Below are positions 29,065-52,648 of a DNA stretch of 64,000 nucleotides, piece by piece (the stretch's first letter is position 1; the number at the start of each line of letters is the position of its first letter). The stretch comes from Hormiphora californensis. Taxonomy: Eukaryota > Animalia > Ctenophora. The stretch lies in NCBI GenBank assembly GCA_020137815.1, contig CM035355.1:1054001-1118000 (forward strand), given 5' to 3'. The notes below the pieces were generated by a model. The model saw only the letters and a list, made by a program, of their open reading frames with translations. It did no database searches and had not been told where the DNA came from. Made by a program: the position numbers and the translations under genes.

Positions 29065-29976
29065 TTGTGCGAGAAAAGATGTGAAAAGATGTGAGAATGT
29101 AGAAGATTTAGATATTCAAAATCTTGTTCCTGCTGTGAAAGATATGCACAACGGGGTCAGTTTTGGTAAAACTTTGACTTCTTTAGTAAATATTATACAC
29201 ATTGAAGCATGCCAAGAGAACTATTACTAGGACTCCTAGTAGGAGGTGTCCATTACCAAGGTGATGCGAAATGTTCAAATGTTGATTAATCTAGGAATTG
29301 CTAGTACTACTAGTAGTAGCTTATAAGTATGTTCAGCATCTATAACCACCCCAGGATGAGCTGTCAATATCCGAATGATTTTAAACATTATAGAGTTGAT
29401 GAATTGATGGAATAGTTGAAATGAAGATGAAATGTTTGGATCGCCGATCGGGCATCCTTGCACCGATCAACTTACGAAAAGCTCGGGTATGTTTGCTAGG
29501 TTTACCACGTCACTACTACTAGACCGCGGCGCCACATGTACTTTGATACTTGAAACATACTCAAGTACTTTTGGTAAACATACAGCATATCCGAATACTT
29601 TTCTGTAAGTTGGTCCCTTATAAGGGTACGCCAGTCCCAGCACCAAATATTCAACATCGAACGACAGCTTGGTTTGTTGAAAGAATGTATGTGGTGTATC
29701 AGTACAAAACTCTTAAATATAAAACGTTCTTGGAACGAATTTCATCTAATCACATCCACACTGGTACATCATAGCCTCTCCAAAAATATCTTCCTATAAA
29801 TAATGGTAGCTATAAGGCTGTAGATAAAGGATCCCTGATAAGTTAACAGTGATAGCACGTGATCAAGAGAAATTATCGCCTATTCAGAATAGTATTCTCT
29901 AAAAAAACACAATTCAGTATCGCAAACCGATTTCCCTGGGGCTCTTTCCTGAATTGCCATTAGCCAGGTACTGTAC

Positions 29977-30078
29977 ATTATCCTTTTTTGACATATTTTC
30001 AGAAAATTGAGTTGTGTTATGTACATTGTAGTTACATAACACAACTCAATTTTCTGAAAATATGTCAAAAAGGGATAA
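29977..30078. repeat. Perfect ~46-bp-arm palindrome
   Basis: attatccttttttgacatattttcagaaaattgagttgtgttatgta-9 nt-tacataacacaactcaattttctgaaaatatgtcaaaaagggataat. Confidence 0.8.
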
Positions 30079-30498
30079 TTTCTAGTTTCTACTTTAGCAT
30101 TACTGATCCGCGTGATGTATGTTGATTAGGCCAAAGAATTCTGTCATCAGGTAGGATCATATCACCCCACCCAGGATCAGATCACACATACTACTGCACA
30201 TTAGGGTACTGCATGTGATATGATCCCCATATAATATCAGAGATAGTAAGAGAGGGATAGAGAGATCCAAGCTCAGCCCTTCAACCATGTGTCACAGTCA
30301 GTTGCTTTATTCAATTGCAATCCTATTAATATATCTAGTTTAGCTAATATTTATACATTATTAAAAATATAGTAGTAATCGAAATAAGAGCAAATGCTTT
30401 TCGAGTCCATCACATTTATACTTATAACCAATTATACCTTGCAAATGACAATCATTTCAATATAAATGTAAAATCAAAAGTATAAAATTGTTCCATCC

Positions 30499-31088
30499 TC
30501 ATAGTAGAGATCCTCCATGGTTTGCCATTAAAATCTCCCCTCCTGGACCACCCTGTTTAAGCATTGCCTTCTCTCTCCTCCATTTTGTTCTGCGGGAGGG
30601 GAGGTTTTAGTAACATGGTTAATGTGTTTTACACATTAAATATACTACATATTATGATATAGAAAGTAGTGGGGTAGTTTGGTAAAATATTCCGTTTTAC
30701 TACGTACCCCAGTAAAAGCTTTTATATTACATACATGCACTTACTGCAGTAATAATATGGGACAATAATACAGAAAAATTCCTTAAAAAAGTTAAATATA
30801 ACATTAAAAATGCTGTCACAATTTGTTGCTAAATTTATTGTGCCTCCACTGGAATAATCTTGTTATGTTCTAACCCTCCCCCGAAACACAGTCTAGCCAG
30901 GCAATAATAATCAATAAATGGTGGTAATTTCCCCAAACTGTATCAAATTCAATATGGTTATATTTTCTCACAGTCAAACCTAAAAGAAAGACTTAATTGT
31001 CGATTATAGACGGCAATACGTGGTACCCTAGCGTAACGCTTAACCGATCTCTGTCTGAAAGTGAATACCTCTCCTCTCTCTTTCTCTT

Positions 31089-31156
<68 letters not shown>

Positions 31157-34100
31157 CTTTTTCCTCACCATGCAATTCCCTCTTTCTATCTGTTCTTTCT
31201 CTAAAGTTAAAGTAGACGTACGTCATTCTGACAGGGTAGTTGACACTTGTGCCGGCAGTACTGCAATCCACCCCCATCCTGCTATTCAAAGTGTTAATGA
31301 ACCCTACAGCACTCTGATGTGATAATACTTGCTGCCGTAGAACGTGCACACTGTGACATTTCAAATGACAAGGCCCCTTCCCTCACCTCTATAATTTCTC
31401 AAGGAAATTGGACTTTACTATTTACGATGTTCTAAATTGTCGTTCGCACGCTACTTAGCGCCCCGTTTCAGAGAAAAGTTAAATAAAGAGAGAAAGAGGG
31501 AGTAAGAGAGAATATAAGTGCATTGCAGTTATATTAATTAACGGCGTGTGGTGTGCTGTCAAAATGAACTCCTCCCATGATACACTTCGGGAGACCCAGG
31601 GAATTACCTTTAGTCAAGTGATAAAAGAGAGAAATTGAATGGAACGTGTTTAATTCTTGCTACCGAAAATGAACAAGGTGGGAAGTGAAAATTGCACTTG
31701 CAGGATACATGTACTGCAATTCTTTTGAGCATGCTATATGAGATTAGAAGAGAACTTGACGTGTGAATTGTGAGAGAGAACCCAAAACAATAGTCAACAA
31801 GAAAAAACCAACCCCTAAAACTACTGTGCCCGAAATAGTGCGATACAAATTTAATTTGAACCATCATTTTTATGATACATAAAGGTTAGGTACTGTAAAA
31901 GTTTCATTTTACATCTTCCATTAGAAAAACATAATTTCATCGCCTTCATTTTCATTATCCTATCGCTATCAACATATTGAATTTTCTCTATTTTCCCATC
32001 TCCCTCCTCCCCCCAAGTAGAGAAAGAAGTCCTCCCTAGCAGTCGGTATAAAAGAACCGATAATAAGCATCTAATTGTGTTTGTAGAGTGATAAGAAGGT
32101 CACAAGACCCGGCCCATGTGATGTCACGGGAACAATTCACAGCAAATATTTTCCATTTGCCAAGTACCCCTACTCTCGTGGAGAGAGAAAGAGAGAAAGA
32201 GAGAGAGAGAGAAAGAGAGAGAAAGAGAGAGAAGAAGGGCTTTGCAAGGTCTTCCAGGATATCGGACAAGTGCACGCCCTATAACATGACACAAACATAT
32301 ATTATTGAGGGGGGATCGTGGTACGACATGAGCCCGACATTGTGGCTCACGTGCAGCAGCTGTCTGTTCAGGAGAGTCATATAAAGAAAGATAGAGAAAG
32401 ATAGACCAATAGAAAGATATAGAAAGACATGGAGAGAGAGAGATATAATTGTATGTGAAATGAACAGATCGTGTATATGTTTCTCAATGGAGCGTGTAGA
32501 AGCTGTTATCGTGATAATGGATGGGCACTGACTACTGAGTTTGACCGTCGTTCGAGACATTAGATGTAAATTAATGACAGTTCATATCTAGCGTACTTCA
32601 TTTTTCGTAAAACTCGGAGATCAAGGAAATTGAAAGTCTTGTGACAGATGTACCCACATACTTGTCAAATTTGGAGGAAGTTTCTAAATAATCTCGATCG
32701 AGATTATTTAGAAAAATCCTCCAAATTTGACAAGTAAGAATATTTGAAGTATAATTGCAATTATTCAGCAGCCGATAGCAACACACTCTATCTTGCAAGG
32801 GTAGCCAGTGAGACGAATGATTATGATAGATGCTTACGAGAAAAGAGGGCATTTATAAGCTAATAATAGTAATCTCATTCTCATAGTAACATACCTATTA
32901 CAGTCGAACCCCGATTTACCGGAAGGGTAAACTTCCCCCGATATAGGAAATTAACAGTATTTCACCCCGATATACCGGGCACCCCGATTTACCGGGCAAA
33001 ACCCTTTCCCCGAGCATCCCGGTAAATCGGGGTCCGACTGTATACCTAAATTGAGTATTTGTAATTTATGAACTATCGTTCGATAGTTTGTGTCGCCATG
33101 TGGCTCTAAAATATTTGTGTGGTAGCTCTCATAGTAGTTATCACCTATTATCGTTTCTATATGATGAAGGACTATGTTTCTCTATTCCTGATGTATAATA
33201 GTCTCGAGCCTATCATTGGGGAGAGGTATAGTAATTGAAAATTAAAAGCACCTGTCACATATATATCGATTACACCTGTCACCTCCTCATTTCTCCCCAT
33301 TAATTGTATTATGTACATCAACTAGGGTAACCCTATACAGAGACACTTAATGAACCCATAACTTCTGCCGAATTTGGAATGATACTGGTGGTAGGTTACT
33401 ATTTGCTGAATTTCACATTTTAAAAGTGTATGATGTCATTACATGTACATACATAACTCATTAATCATCAATCATCCTTAATTCTTACTAAATACTAAGA
33501 AACAAAATTGTATTCTATAATTTAACATTCAATCATGTTAACCGTATAAATGCCTCCTTACATGAATATATTTATTATGTCGGGAAAATTTATAACGTAA
33601 AAACTAAATATGTTATGTATACAGGAAAAAAAACAATAAAACATAAAGAACATACCTGCGATTTTGGAACCAGATTTTAACTTGGCATTCTGTCATGTGT
33701 AGTGCAGCCGCGAGAAGTATTCGATCGTGGGTGCTTAGATACTTCTGAATGAGTGACAGGTTACAACACGATATTATAAATGCACTAAGTAGCAAAGGGG
33801 GGATCTTATAATATATGTATTACTATGTATGTACTATTAAGATACAGTCGGACCCCGATTTAGTGGCATCCTCGGGGGGGAAAAAATCCTGCCACTAAAT
33901 CGGGGTGCCACTAAATCGAGGTGAGCCATATTTGGCCCATAAAAACCTATTTTATGCCCAAAATGCTATACTAAAACTAAAGACACCTCCAACTGATATA
34001 TGCAATGTTCATGTATTGTTGAGGGGGGGACGACATGTTAATTGTTAATAAATCACCTCTTTTTTTTATTTTGTTAATTAACGTTAATTAACAAAATTAA

Positions 34101-37100
34101 CAAAGTTAACAAATCAGCAAAGACTGTTCTTATTGGTTGATAATACGACTTTAACTGGTTTAATTTTATAGTTTAATGACTTTTCTAACACATATATACA
34201 CAAACAAGGCCTATTCCGATAACCAAAGTCCGACATACATGTTTTTTGGCTCAAAATCGATAAAAATCCAAAAGTTACAAATATTTCAATTTAGCGTATA
34301 AAATCTCACTTTAACGTGATTTTTTCATTGATAATCGATTCTTTGAACGAAAGAAGATGATGTACAACGTTTCTGTCGGAAAAAGAAACAAAATATTTCC
34401 AAAATCAATTTTTGGTCAAAAATTGAAAATTTGCTTCGCTACAAATCCTTGTGTTTTTTTTAGAAAAATTTATTTTTGGGATATTTTTGTTTTATGGTAA
34501 ATTCATGAGTCTTATTTAGTTTTTAGGGTTAAAAAAAGTGGATTAGGGTCAATTGACTTCAATTGCGGTTTAGTTTGGCTAGTTTTTATTAAAATTTACA
34601 CAGAGGAACAAATCGCTGTAAAAAAGCTGTAGTAGAGGTAGCGGTGGTGTGTAAATCGTGCAGAAGGAACATCTTTGCTCGCATAACAAGTGTTAAATAC
34701 CAAAAACACGTGCTAAAGGTGATTTAGATGGCATAAATGGCATTTGTTAACGTTTGTTAACTTTTTGTTAATTTTGTTAATAAATCACCTGTTTTCTCGA
34801 TGTTAATATTAACAAAGTTAACAAAATTAACATGTCGCACCCCCCATTGTTGACATGATCATTTCTGATTAGAAATAGAAAACTATAAAATAATTTTTTC
34901 AAAAAATTGTGAAAAATTTTCGAAGTTTAAATACCGGCCCGTCCGATTTGTGTTTCGAATCGATGCAGCTTACTGGATATCCTGTCTAATTAGCGGGTTC
35001 GAAACGAACCGATACGTGATACCATGCCGAATTGGGGCACCCTAAGCAGGTGAGGAAGTATCAAAATTTCAAAATAACTTTTTCTCTCCAAATTTATGGG
35101 GAGCACCGATCAAAGCATTGGCAATCTTACTGTAAAATTTTGCAAAAAAAAGGTTTTAAAATTTTTAAAGGTATACCAGCCACGTCCGAATCCTGTTTCG
35201 AATCGGTGCATCTTATCGCATGTCCTGCTACTAATTAGACGGTTCGGGACGAATCGAAACGTGATCCCCATCGAATCGAAATTTTGACGCTTGGTGAACT
35301 TGTGATTCAATGGCCCCATGGGGATCACGTATCGGTTCGTTCCGAACCGTCTAATTAGCAGCAGGACATGCGATAAGATTCACTGATTCGAAAAACGATT
35401 CGGACGTGGCTGGTGTTTCTTTGAAAAATTTTCAAAAAAATTTCACAAAAACAAGAATTATGTGCATTATGTATCCATAATGCTACGTTTCCCTGCCCTC
35501 TTCGATTTGCCATTCAACTCGCCATTAAGCTGTCCGCAAAATGGGGATTTGTGTTTTTCGAACTTTTGAAAAAAACGCAAAACATATTTTTCAAATTCTC
35601 CATTTTCCCCAAAAACGCGCGGCCGATATAAAACAAATTTTGCCGCGCGTTACAGTTTATAGCCGCGCACGCCTCATAAATTTTCAATAGTTTGTGGGCG
35701 CGCATGTTACTCCGCAAACTTCAAATCGCGCGCGCCGCACGGTTACCCCTCGCAACGAAAGTGTGACCAAAAAATGTCCCTCTACCGATTAGTTAGTATA
35801 CCAAAATGTCGTTTTCGAATTCTAACCCTGCTATGCCTTTTTACAAAGTAAAAAGGCATCCGGGTGGATGCCTTCGGCATCCACCCGGGCAGGGAAAAAA
35901 TTCAAAAATTTTTGGGGGAAAAAAATCCTGCCACTAAATCGGGGTGCCACTAAATCGGGGGCCACTAAATCGGGGTCCGACTGTATTAACAAAATACAAA
36001 AATGAAAGGGCTTTTGCCTTTTGCAAAGCAAGAATTCATCCGGGCCAATGCAATTGATCAGAGGTTAAAGGTAAAATTATGGGGGGGGGGGGGGCAGGCC
36101 AAAAAAGCCAGATCAATCCCGGATTACAGGGCGGGTTTGGCTTTTTTGGCCCTACATTTTTTAGATAAAAAAGCCAGATCAAAAAAAGCCAGAAATTTTC
36201 GGGAAAAAAAGCCAAAAAAAAGCCAGATCAAAAAAGGGCAAAAGGCCAGATCAAAAAAGCCAGATCCAAAAAGCCAGACCTGGGACCAAAAAAGGCCAGA
36301 TCAAAAAGCCAGGTCAATCCCGGATTTCAGGGCGGGCTTGGATTTTTTTGGCGTTATCCCCCCCCCCCCATTATTCTATAGAAAAAACAGTAGGGTAAAC
36401 ACAATAACATAAATTTCCATTTACCCCAATAGCCATTTTGCAAGGTAGACCGGTGGACAAGTTATACTTTCCCTATAATTAAAATTATAGCCGGGCTACC
36501 GCCCATGGTTGCAAATACAGATTGTATTTGCTAGAAGACAAGGGGTTCCAAAATCACAGAAAGTTGATACCTGAGTGGCGAATTTTCGTTCCAGTCCAAA
36601 GACCTGTGCTCTGCTGAAGGTGGTTCTCGTCTTTTTCTTTTTCCGTGCACCCGCTTCTGAAGAAAGTACTTTATTTATCATAGAGGTTTAGTAAAATATT
36701 AATTGCAGGGTACATCTGTACGTGGTCCAATGAAACAGTGGTATTATATTATCTGATACTACTGTGCGTGAAAGTCGATAAATAACCAACATTGGTGGTT
36801 GAAGGTGGCGGCTTACTATATCATAATTTCTAGAAGATCTTTTATTATCTTTAAAAGTCTGATATAGGGAACATAGTCATAGCTTAGAAGTGATTGAAGG
36901 GCTCTGAGTGTACTGAGTTCAGAGCCCTTGTGAGACTAAGAACTTCCGATGCCACTTGCTTGCCCCCGGTCTTAAAACATCGGGGGCAAGCAAGTGGCAT
37001 CGGAAGTTCTTAGTCTCACAAGGGCTCTGAACTCAGTACACTCAGCCCCGGTGATACCAGGGGCACGGAGAAGTTGCGGAAAAAAAAAAAAAAGTGATTG

Positions 37101-37113
37101 AGAGAGAGAGAGC

Positions 37114-37205
<92 letters not shown>

Positions 37206-39326
37206 GATCATATATTTAGCTAACATGCTAAACGGTTTAGCCCTAACCAAGCGATATATTATTTATTATGTAATCTAAATTATATCATACACACCATTTG
37301 CATTTCATCGAAGAATAAATTTCAATTTTCAATAAATATCATTGCCGAGAATTTAGCATTTCTTTCTCAACAGATGATTCACTATATCGCTTGTCAAAAT
37401 GTATAACCGGCCGATCTTTGAATGAATAATATGAATCAACAGTTATTATGACATGATTTATCTGGTGGAACTCCCAACCGATGAGTCAAATATACAAATA
37501 CATCACATGTATGTAATGGTCTATACCTGATATAGAAATGTTATCGACCGCCGCAGAAGTAAAATGGGCATATCCCGCCAGAATGCCGAGCTGTGAGGAC
37601 AACAGATCATATCTTGCCAGGGCAGCTTCTTTTAGTTGCCTATTGGGAGAGAAAACATCATTGACCTTGGAATGCCGAGAAAATAAATCACCATATCGTC
37701 CTCTTAAAATACTTGTTGAGTTAGACCAACGAAAACTGAATTTCATTATTTGATTTCACAACTTACTCTAAATGTCGAGCACAGGGAATGTTTCCTAAAA
37801 TGGGGTTACTGATGCAAGACGGACAATTCCCAGAAGTTCCAATCATCGGTGATCCTGGAATTTTACTGAAATTGATATATAAATTAATTGGAGTTGTCTC
37901 AAGATTAAATATTTTTCTCGAATGTTCTCTTTGTCTCCCGCTCCTATAATCATTAATTTCAGCATATATTATCTTTCCAGGTCGAAAGTATAGTAGAATT
38001 AACCTAGTAACTATGTACCTGGTTTCCAGAAAGGTTGGTGTATCGCCGCATTTACCCTTCACGATCACACTGCTTTGGGACGATCTACAATGAACGGGGT
38101 AGTAAAAGTCTGAGAATTGCACAATGTGGTTAAGGAACATGGGAATCAAGTAAAATGGGCTATATTATATTGTATATAATTATATTTGAGTTATATGGTC
38201 CGTATAACATTAGTTGTCCCAGTCCCAATATTATATTGTCTCGCCTTGCGGAGCTGGATAACCTCTTAACATATTGGAGTTGAAACTTTCAAAGTAAGTG
38301 CTCATAGAGGTTGAATTAGCACCAGGGATTACTGTTATGTCTAGACATTGACAATGGAGCCCCCCCCTCCCCCAAAAAAGACGAACGTGTTGCACTACGG
38401 ATAATTGTCGAAAAAATGATTCAACAAAAGAACATTTCTACCGAGAGACATCTTGTTACCTTGGTGATGAGAAAGATAGGAGGTCAGCTGCTGCAGTTGT
38501 CAGAGCACCTCCTGCAGTGGACGGGGAGGGAGTTCGGAAGGACAGGATTTGTGGAGATGATGGTATTTTATCAACCTATTGGGATATAAACCGTTAAAAT
38601 TTAGACAGTCATTGAGTCACAAAGCAAATGCTCCGGTTGCTACCCACCTATTAACTACTATGTCTCAGACTAACTATATTGCAATAGCATATATTAATCT
38701 TTCAATAGTATACTTAATTAACTAGCCATAAAATGCAGCATACTGCATTTCAACACTTAACCAGAACCACTTTAAATCAATCTAACCCCCTGATCCATTA
38801 TCTTGGGTATGCTTATATATCAAATTAGCATGGTCATATTATAATAGTATTATAACATTAAAGTTGACGCAAAACTGACCAACCCTCTTTGATTTTGAAT
38901 CATAAAAGCATTTGCAACCTTACTAATGGAACTTATAAACTCTGGTTTGCCATGGGTCACGTTATGCTACCAATAGTATTATATTCACTATTCAGTGAGG
39001 TAAACAAATCTCAAAGTCATTATAAGACAGGTCATTATAAGACAGTTCATTCTAGATTCACTATTCAGTGAGGTAACAGATCTCAATGTCATTATAATTT
39101 ATAAGACAGGTCATTCTAGATTATCATGTCTGCATAATGATAATGAACTAGGTGGTCACTAAAAACCAGTGTGAAGCTTTGAAACAACTATCTAAGTTTC
39201 ACTACTACTTACTAGATATATATCACACTATTGTAAACTAAAACCCACCGGTTTAATGACTGGTTTGAGAAGTTGTTCAATGGAAAATGTTGATGTTGGA
39301 TGACTACTCAGCTCAGCAAGAGACAT
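30499..39326 (-). CDS. ANTP-class NK-like homeobox transcription factor (Hmx/Tlx/NK6-7-like), 6 exons, ~190 aa
   Basis: In-phase exons 39326-39249, 38575-38460, 37639-37527, 36656-36571, 33744-33656, 30589-30499. N-terminal eh1 motif FSIEQLL; homeodomain [23 protein letters not shown]|[29 protein letters not shown]|RTKWRREK. Confidence 0.92.
32901..33040. mobile_element. pogo/Tigger-like MITE, TA TSD
   Basis: TA|cagtcgaaccccgatttaccgg ... ccggtaaatcggggtccgactg|TA; further copies near 17810-17960, 19158-19248, 24523-24622, 43428-43508 and 46689-46872. Confidence 0.85.
33845..35983. mobile_element. 2.1-kb composite pogo-like non-autonomous element, homeobox intron
   Basis: TA|cagtcggaccccgatttagtggc ... 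gccactaaatcggggtccgactg|TA; contains a nested element (34023-34845) and internal inverted repeats. Confidence 0.8.
34023..34845. mobile_element. Nested GG-ended MITE with 8-bp TSD
   Basis: attgttga|gggggggacgacatgttaatt ... aattaacatgtcgcacccccc|attgttga. Confidence 0.75.
36081..36369. mobile_element. Poly-G/poly-C-ended MITE with aaaaaagccagatc repeats
   Basis: attat flanks both ends; partial copy at about 41616-41748. Confidence 0.6.
36905..37047. repeat. Perfect palindrome (~63-bp arms, 12-nt loop)
   Basis: ctgagtgtactgagttcagagcccttgtgagactaagaacttccgatgccacttgcttgcccccg followed by its reverse complement. Confidence 0.85.
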
Positions 39327-39493
39327 GATGGCTCAGCTTCGGAAGGCAATGAATTGGAAATGAACAATAAACAATACCAAATATATATTTCGGGAATTAT
39401 ATTTGTTGACTAACATATGGGGTTTCCCCTCTCTTCTCCTTTATTTGAAACGCGTTGCAATTGTCCCACAGATGAGAACACACAGGCATGGGT

Positions 39494-39656
39494 CACGTGT
39501 CGTTTCGGCTATTGGTTGTCTTGGAAACACATGGTGCGACGTACGGTACGTCACCGCGCAAAGTTATTATCACGTGACTTGAAATGCGAATATTTGTTGG
39601 TTTTCATCCGTAGTTTGACATTTGTTCTCGCTCTCACTCCTCTACTCATTCACAGC

Positions 39657-39699
<43 letters not shown>

Positions 39700-39893
39700 T
39701 CTCCCTCTCTCTCTCTCACTCTCTCCCCCTCATTCTCTCTAATACCACTACTGCAAAAGTGCACAAGTTTAAATGGTCCGCCGGAGGACTTGTGTAGCAT
39801 GGTACGATGAGTTTTATCTACAATTAACACCTACTGCTACTGGTCACGTGATACTAAATATTTGTCACGTGACTCACTATATATCACGTGACC
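39494..39893. promoter_or_regulatory. Cluster of five CACGTG E-boxes between divergent genes
   Basis: CACGTG at 39494, 39571, 39845, 39866 and 39885, four of them as TCACGTGA. Confidence 0.4.
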
Positions 39894-40089
39894 AGGAGGT
39901 AGTTAATGGCTGTGTGACCGGGTTAACCAGGCAGAATTGTTTAACAACAACAACAACAGCTACTCAGGATATTGTTGACGGGGAGAGGAGAGAGAGGGAG
40001 GCAGACGTTTTGACGCCGCGGGAGTACCCGACAGAACGACAATTAGTACAGACGATTCCCTCCTCTCACTGCATTGTATCAGAGAAAAA

Positions 40090-40143
<54 letters not shown>

Positions 40144-40307
40144 GAAGAGAGAAGAGAGAAGTAGAGAGAGAGAGAGCAACTAGAGAAGAGAGAGACGAGA
40201 GATTAAGAGGGTGTAACGAAAAGTAGAGGTAAATAACTATATGTAGAAAGAGACAGATGAGAGAATACGAGACGAGATGAGAGAGAGAAAGAGAGAGAGA
40301 ATAAGAG

Positions 40308-40343
<36 letters not shown>

Positions 40344-40411
40344 TAAGAGAGAATAAGAGAGAATAAGAGAGAGAGAGAGAGTACTCTATCACTCTTTCTC
40401 TTCCTGTGCAG

Positions 40412-51039
<10,628 letters not shown>

Positions 51040-52648
51040 GAGAATTCTTCTTGTCACACTTCTTGTTAAGTAACAATTCTGTCACACTATATTTGTACAC
51101 TTTTGTTTATTAAAAAGTTTTTGATCGTAATTCAGCGTATTAATTAGTGGGCTGGCTGTCATCGGGATGGGAGGCTGTATGGCCATTTCCCATGACCCAG
51201 ATTGGGCAACTTTTCCCGCGGTTCCAGCAACATTTTCAACAACTCCGCGCGCACTTGTTCAAAGCTGTCGTCTTGCGCGTTCCGTACATTCAATAGTGAG
51301 GGGGACTGGGTCAAAAAGATCTGGGGCGGTCAAGAAAGCCAAAATCGACACCAAAAGTGAAATCGGATCTGACTAGCGGGTCGATAAAGGCCCGCTCGCT
51401 AAAAAGCAGGTCTTTTTTAGCCACTAAAGTTAATAATAATTCTTGCTGAATATCAAAGTACGCTAAAAATCACCACGAAAAGTAGGACCAAAAATGCCAA
51501 TCCCGTCCTGAATACCGGGGTTCAGGGTTGATCTGAATTTTGGCTCTCCTGCACCCCCATAGGATGGAAATTTAACGAGTGACCATATCAATTTTGAATC
51601 GGGGATATCAAATTGTTACAAGAGCCAAGAGGCAATGACATATCACATACCTCAAGTTTTATGAAAAATTCAGCCATCTACATGGTGTGTTGTCTGGCAT
51701 CCCAGTCATTCAAAATCAGAGCTTTGACAAACCTAAACAGGGTAACTGGTAATGGGTGGGCTTAGTCAGATATAGTCTGGAAGACAGCTGTCATTCCGTC
51801 ATGACCAGGGACACAACTCACCATCATAATCATGTGGATGGAAGGTGGATATCCATTCTGCAGTTGCTCCGACAACATGTCTGAATTTCCATCCTAAATG
51901 AGCATATAATGGTTAATGATGGTATTGGGGAGAAGGGGGATTATAGAAGGGATTTTATGTAATTTGTGGGGCCCACTCCCAAAGCCCCACAAATTACATG
52001 AAATTTCATCAATGCTTGTAGCTGCATGATAAAGCAATTGAGATAAAGAAACATGCATGGCAGACACAATGTTTTCTCTCTCCCAAACTCGCGTGTAATC
52101 GGTTAAACGTGTGATATATACCACGTGTACTAATTGGTTACGAAGTTAAAGTCGGATTTTTTGAAGTTGTCACCCCCCTTTTCACGCACGGCGTCGTATT
52201 TGCGTGTGACAGCCCCCACTTGCTCTCACTTTTCGGCAATAAATCGCATATCATCGGAAAGAGCATAATTTTGTGAGTCCGTAAACGTTTTGTTTGAAGA
52301 AATTGGTCAAGAAACAAAGGCGTGAGAGCCAAAACAAGTTTCCGACGCGCAAATAAAATCTCGCGCGCCACCCAGGGGGGTGACAACTTCAAAAACTCCG
52401 ACTTTACCCCTTGCCAGCGCGTGTGAAGGTGAGGTGTCTCCAAGTGTACTACGTATAGATCGACCGGAAGAGAGTTCTAGTTAGCATGACAACAGAGGCA
52501 TCATGAGACACGTGCCCAACAGGAGAGGGTGTTATTAGAACACGGCATGTTTAGAAACTGAGATAACCATCAAACAGATATATTCGATTCACTTTAGTCT
52601 CGTCTACTTTACACTTTGTTTTTTTGGACTGTCTTGTTCGGTTTTCAA

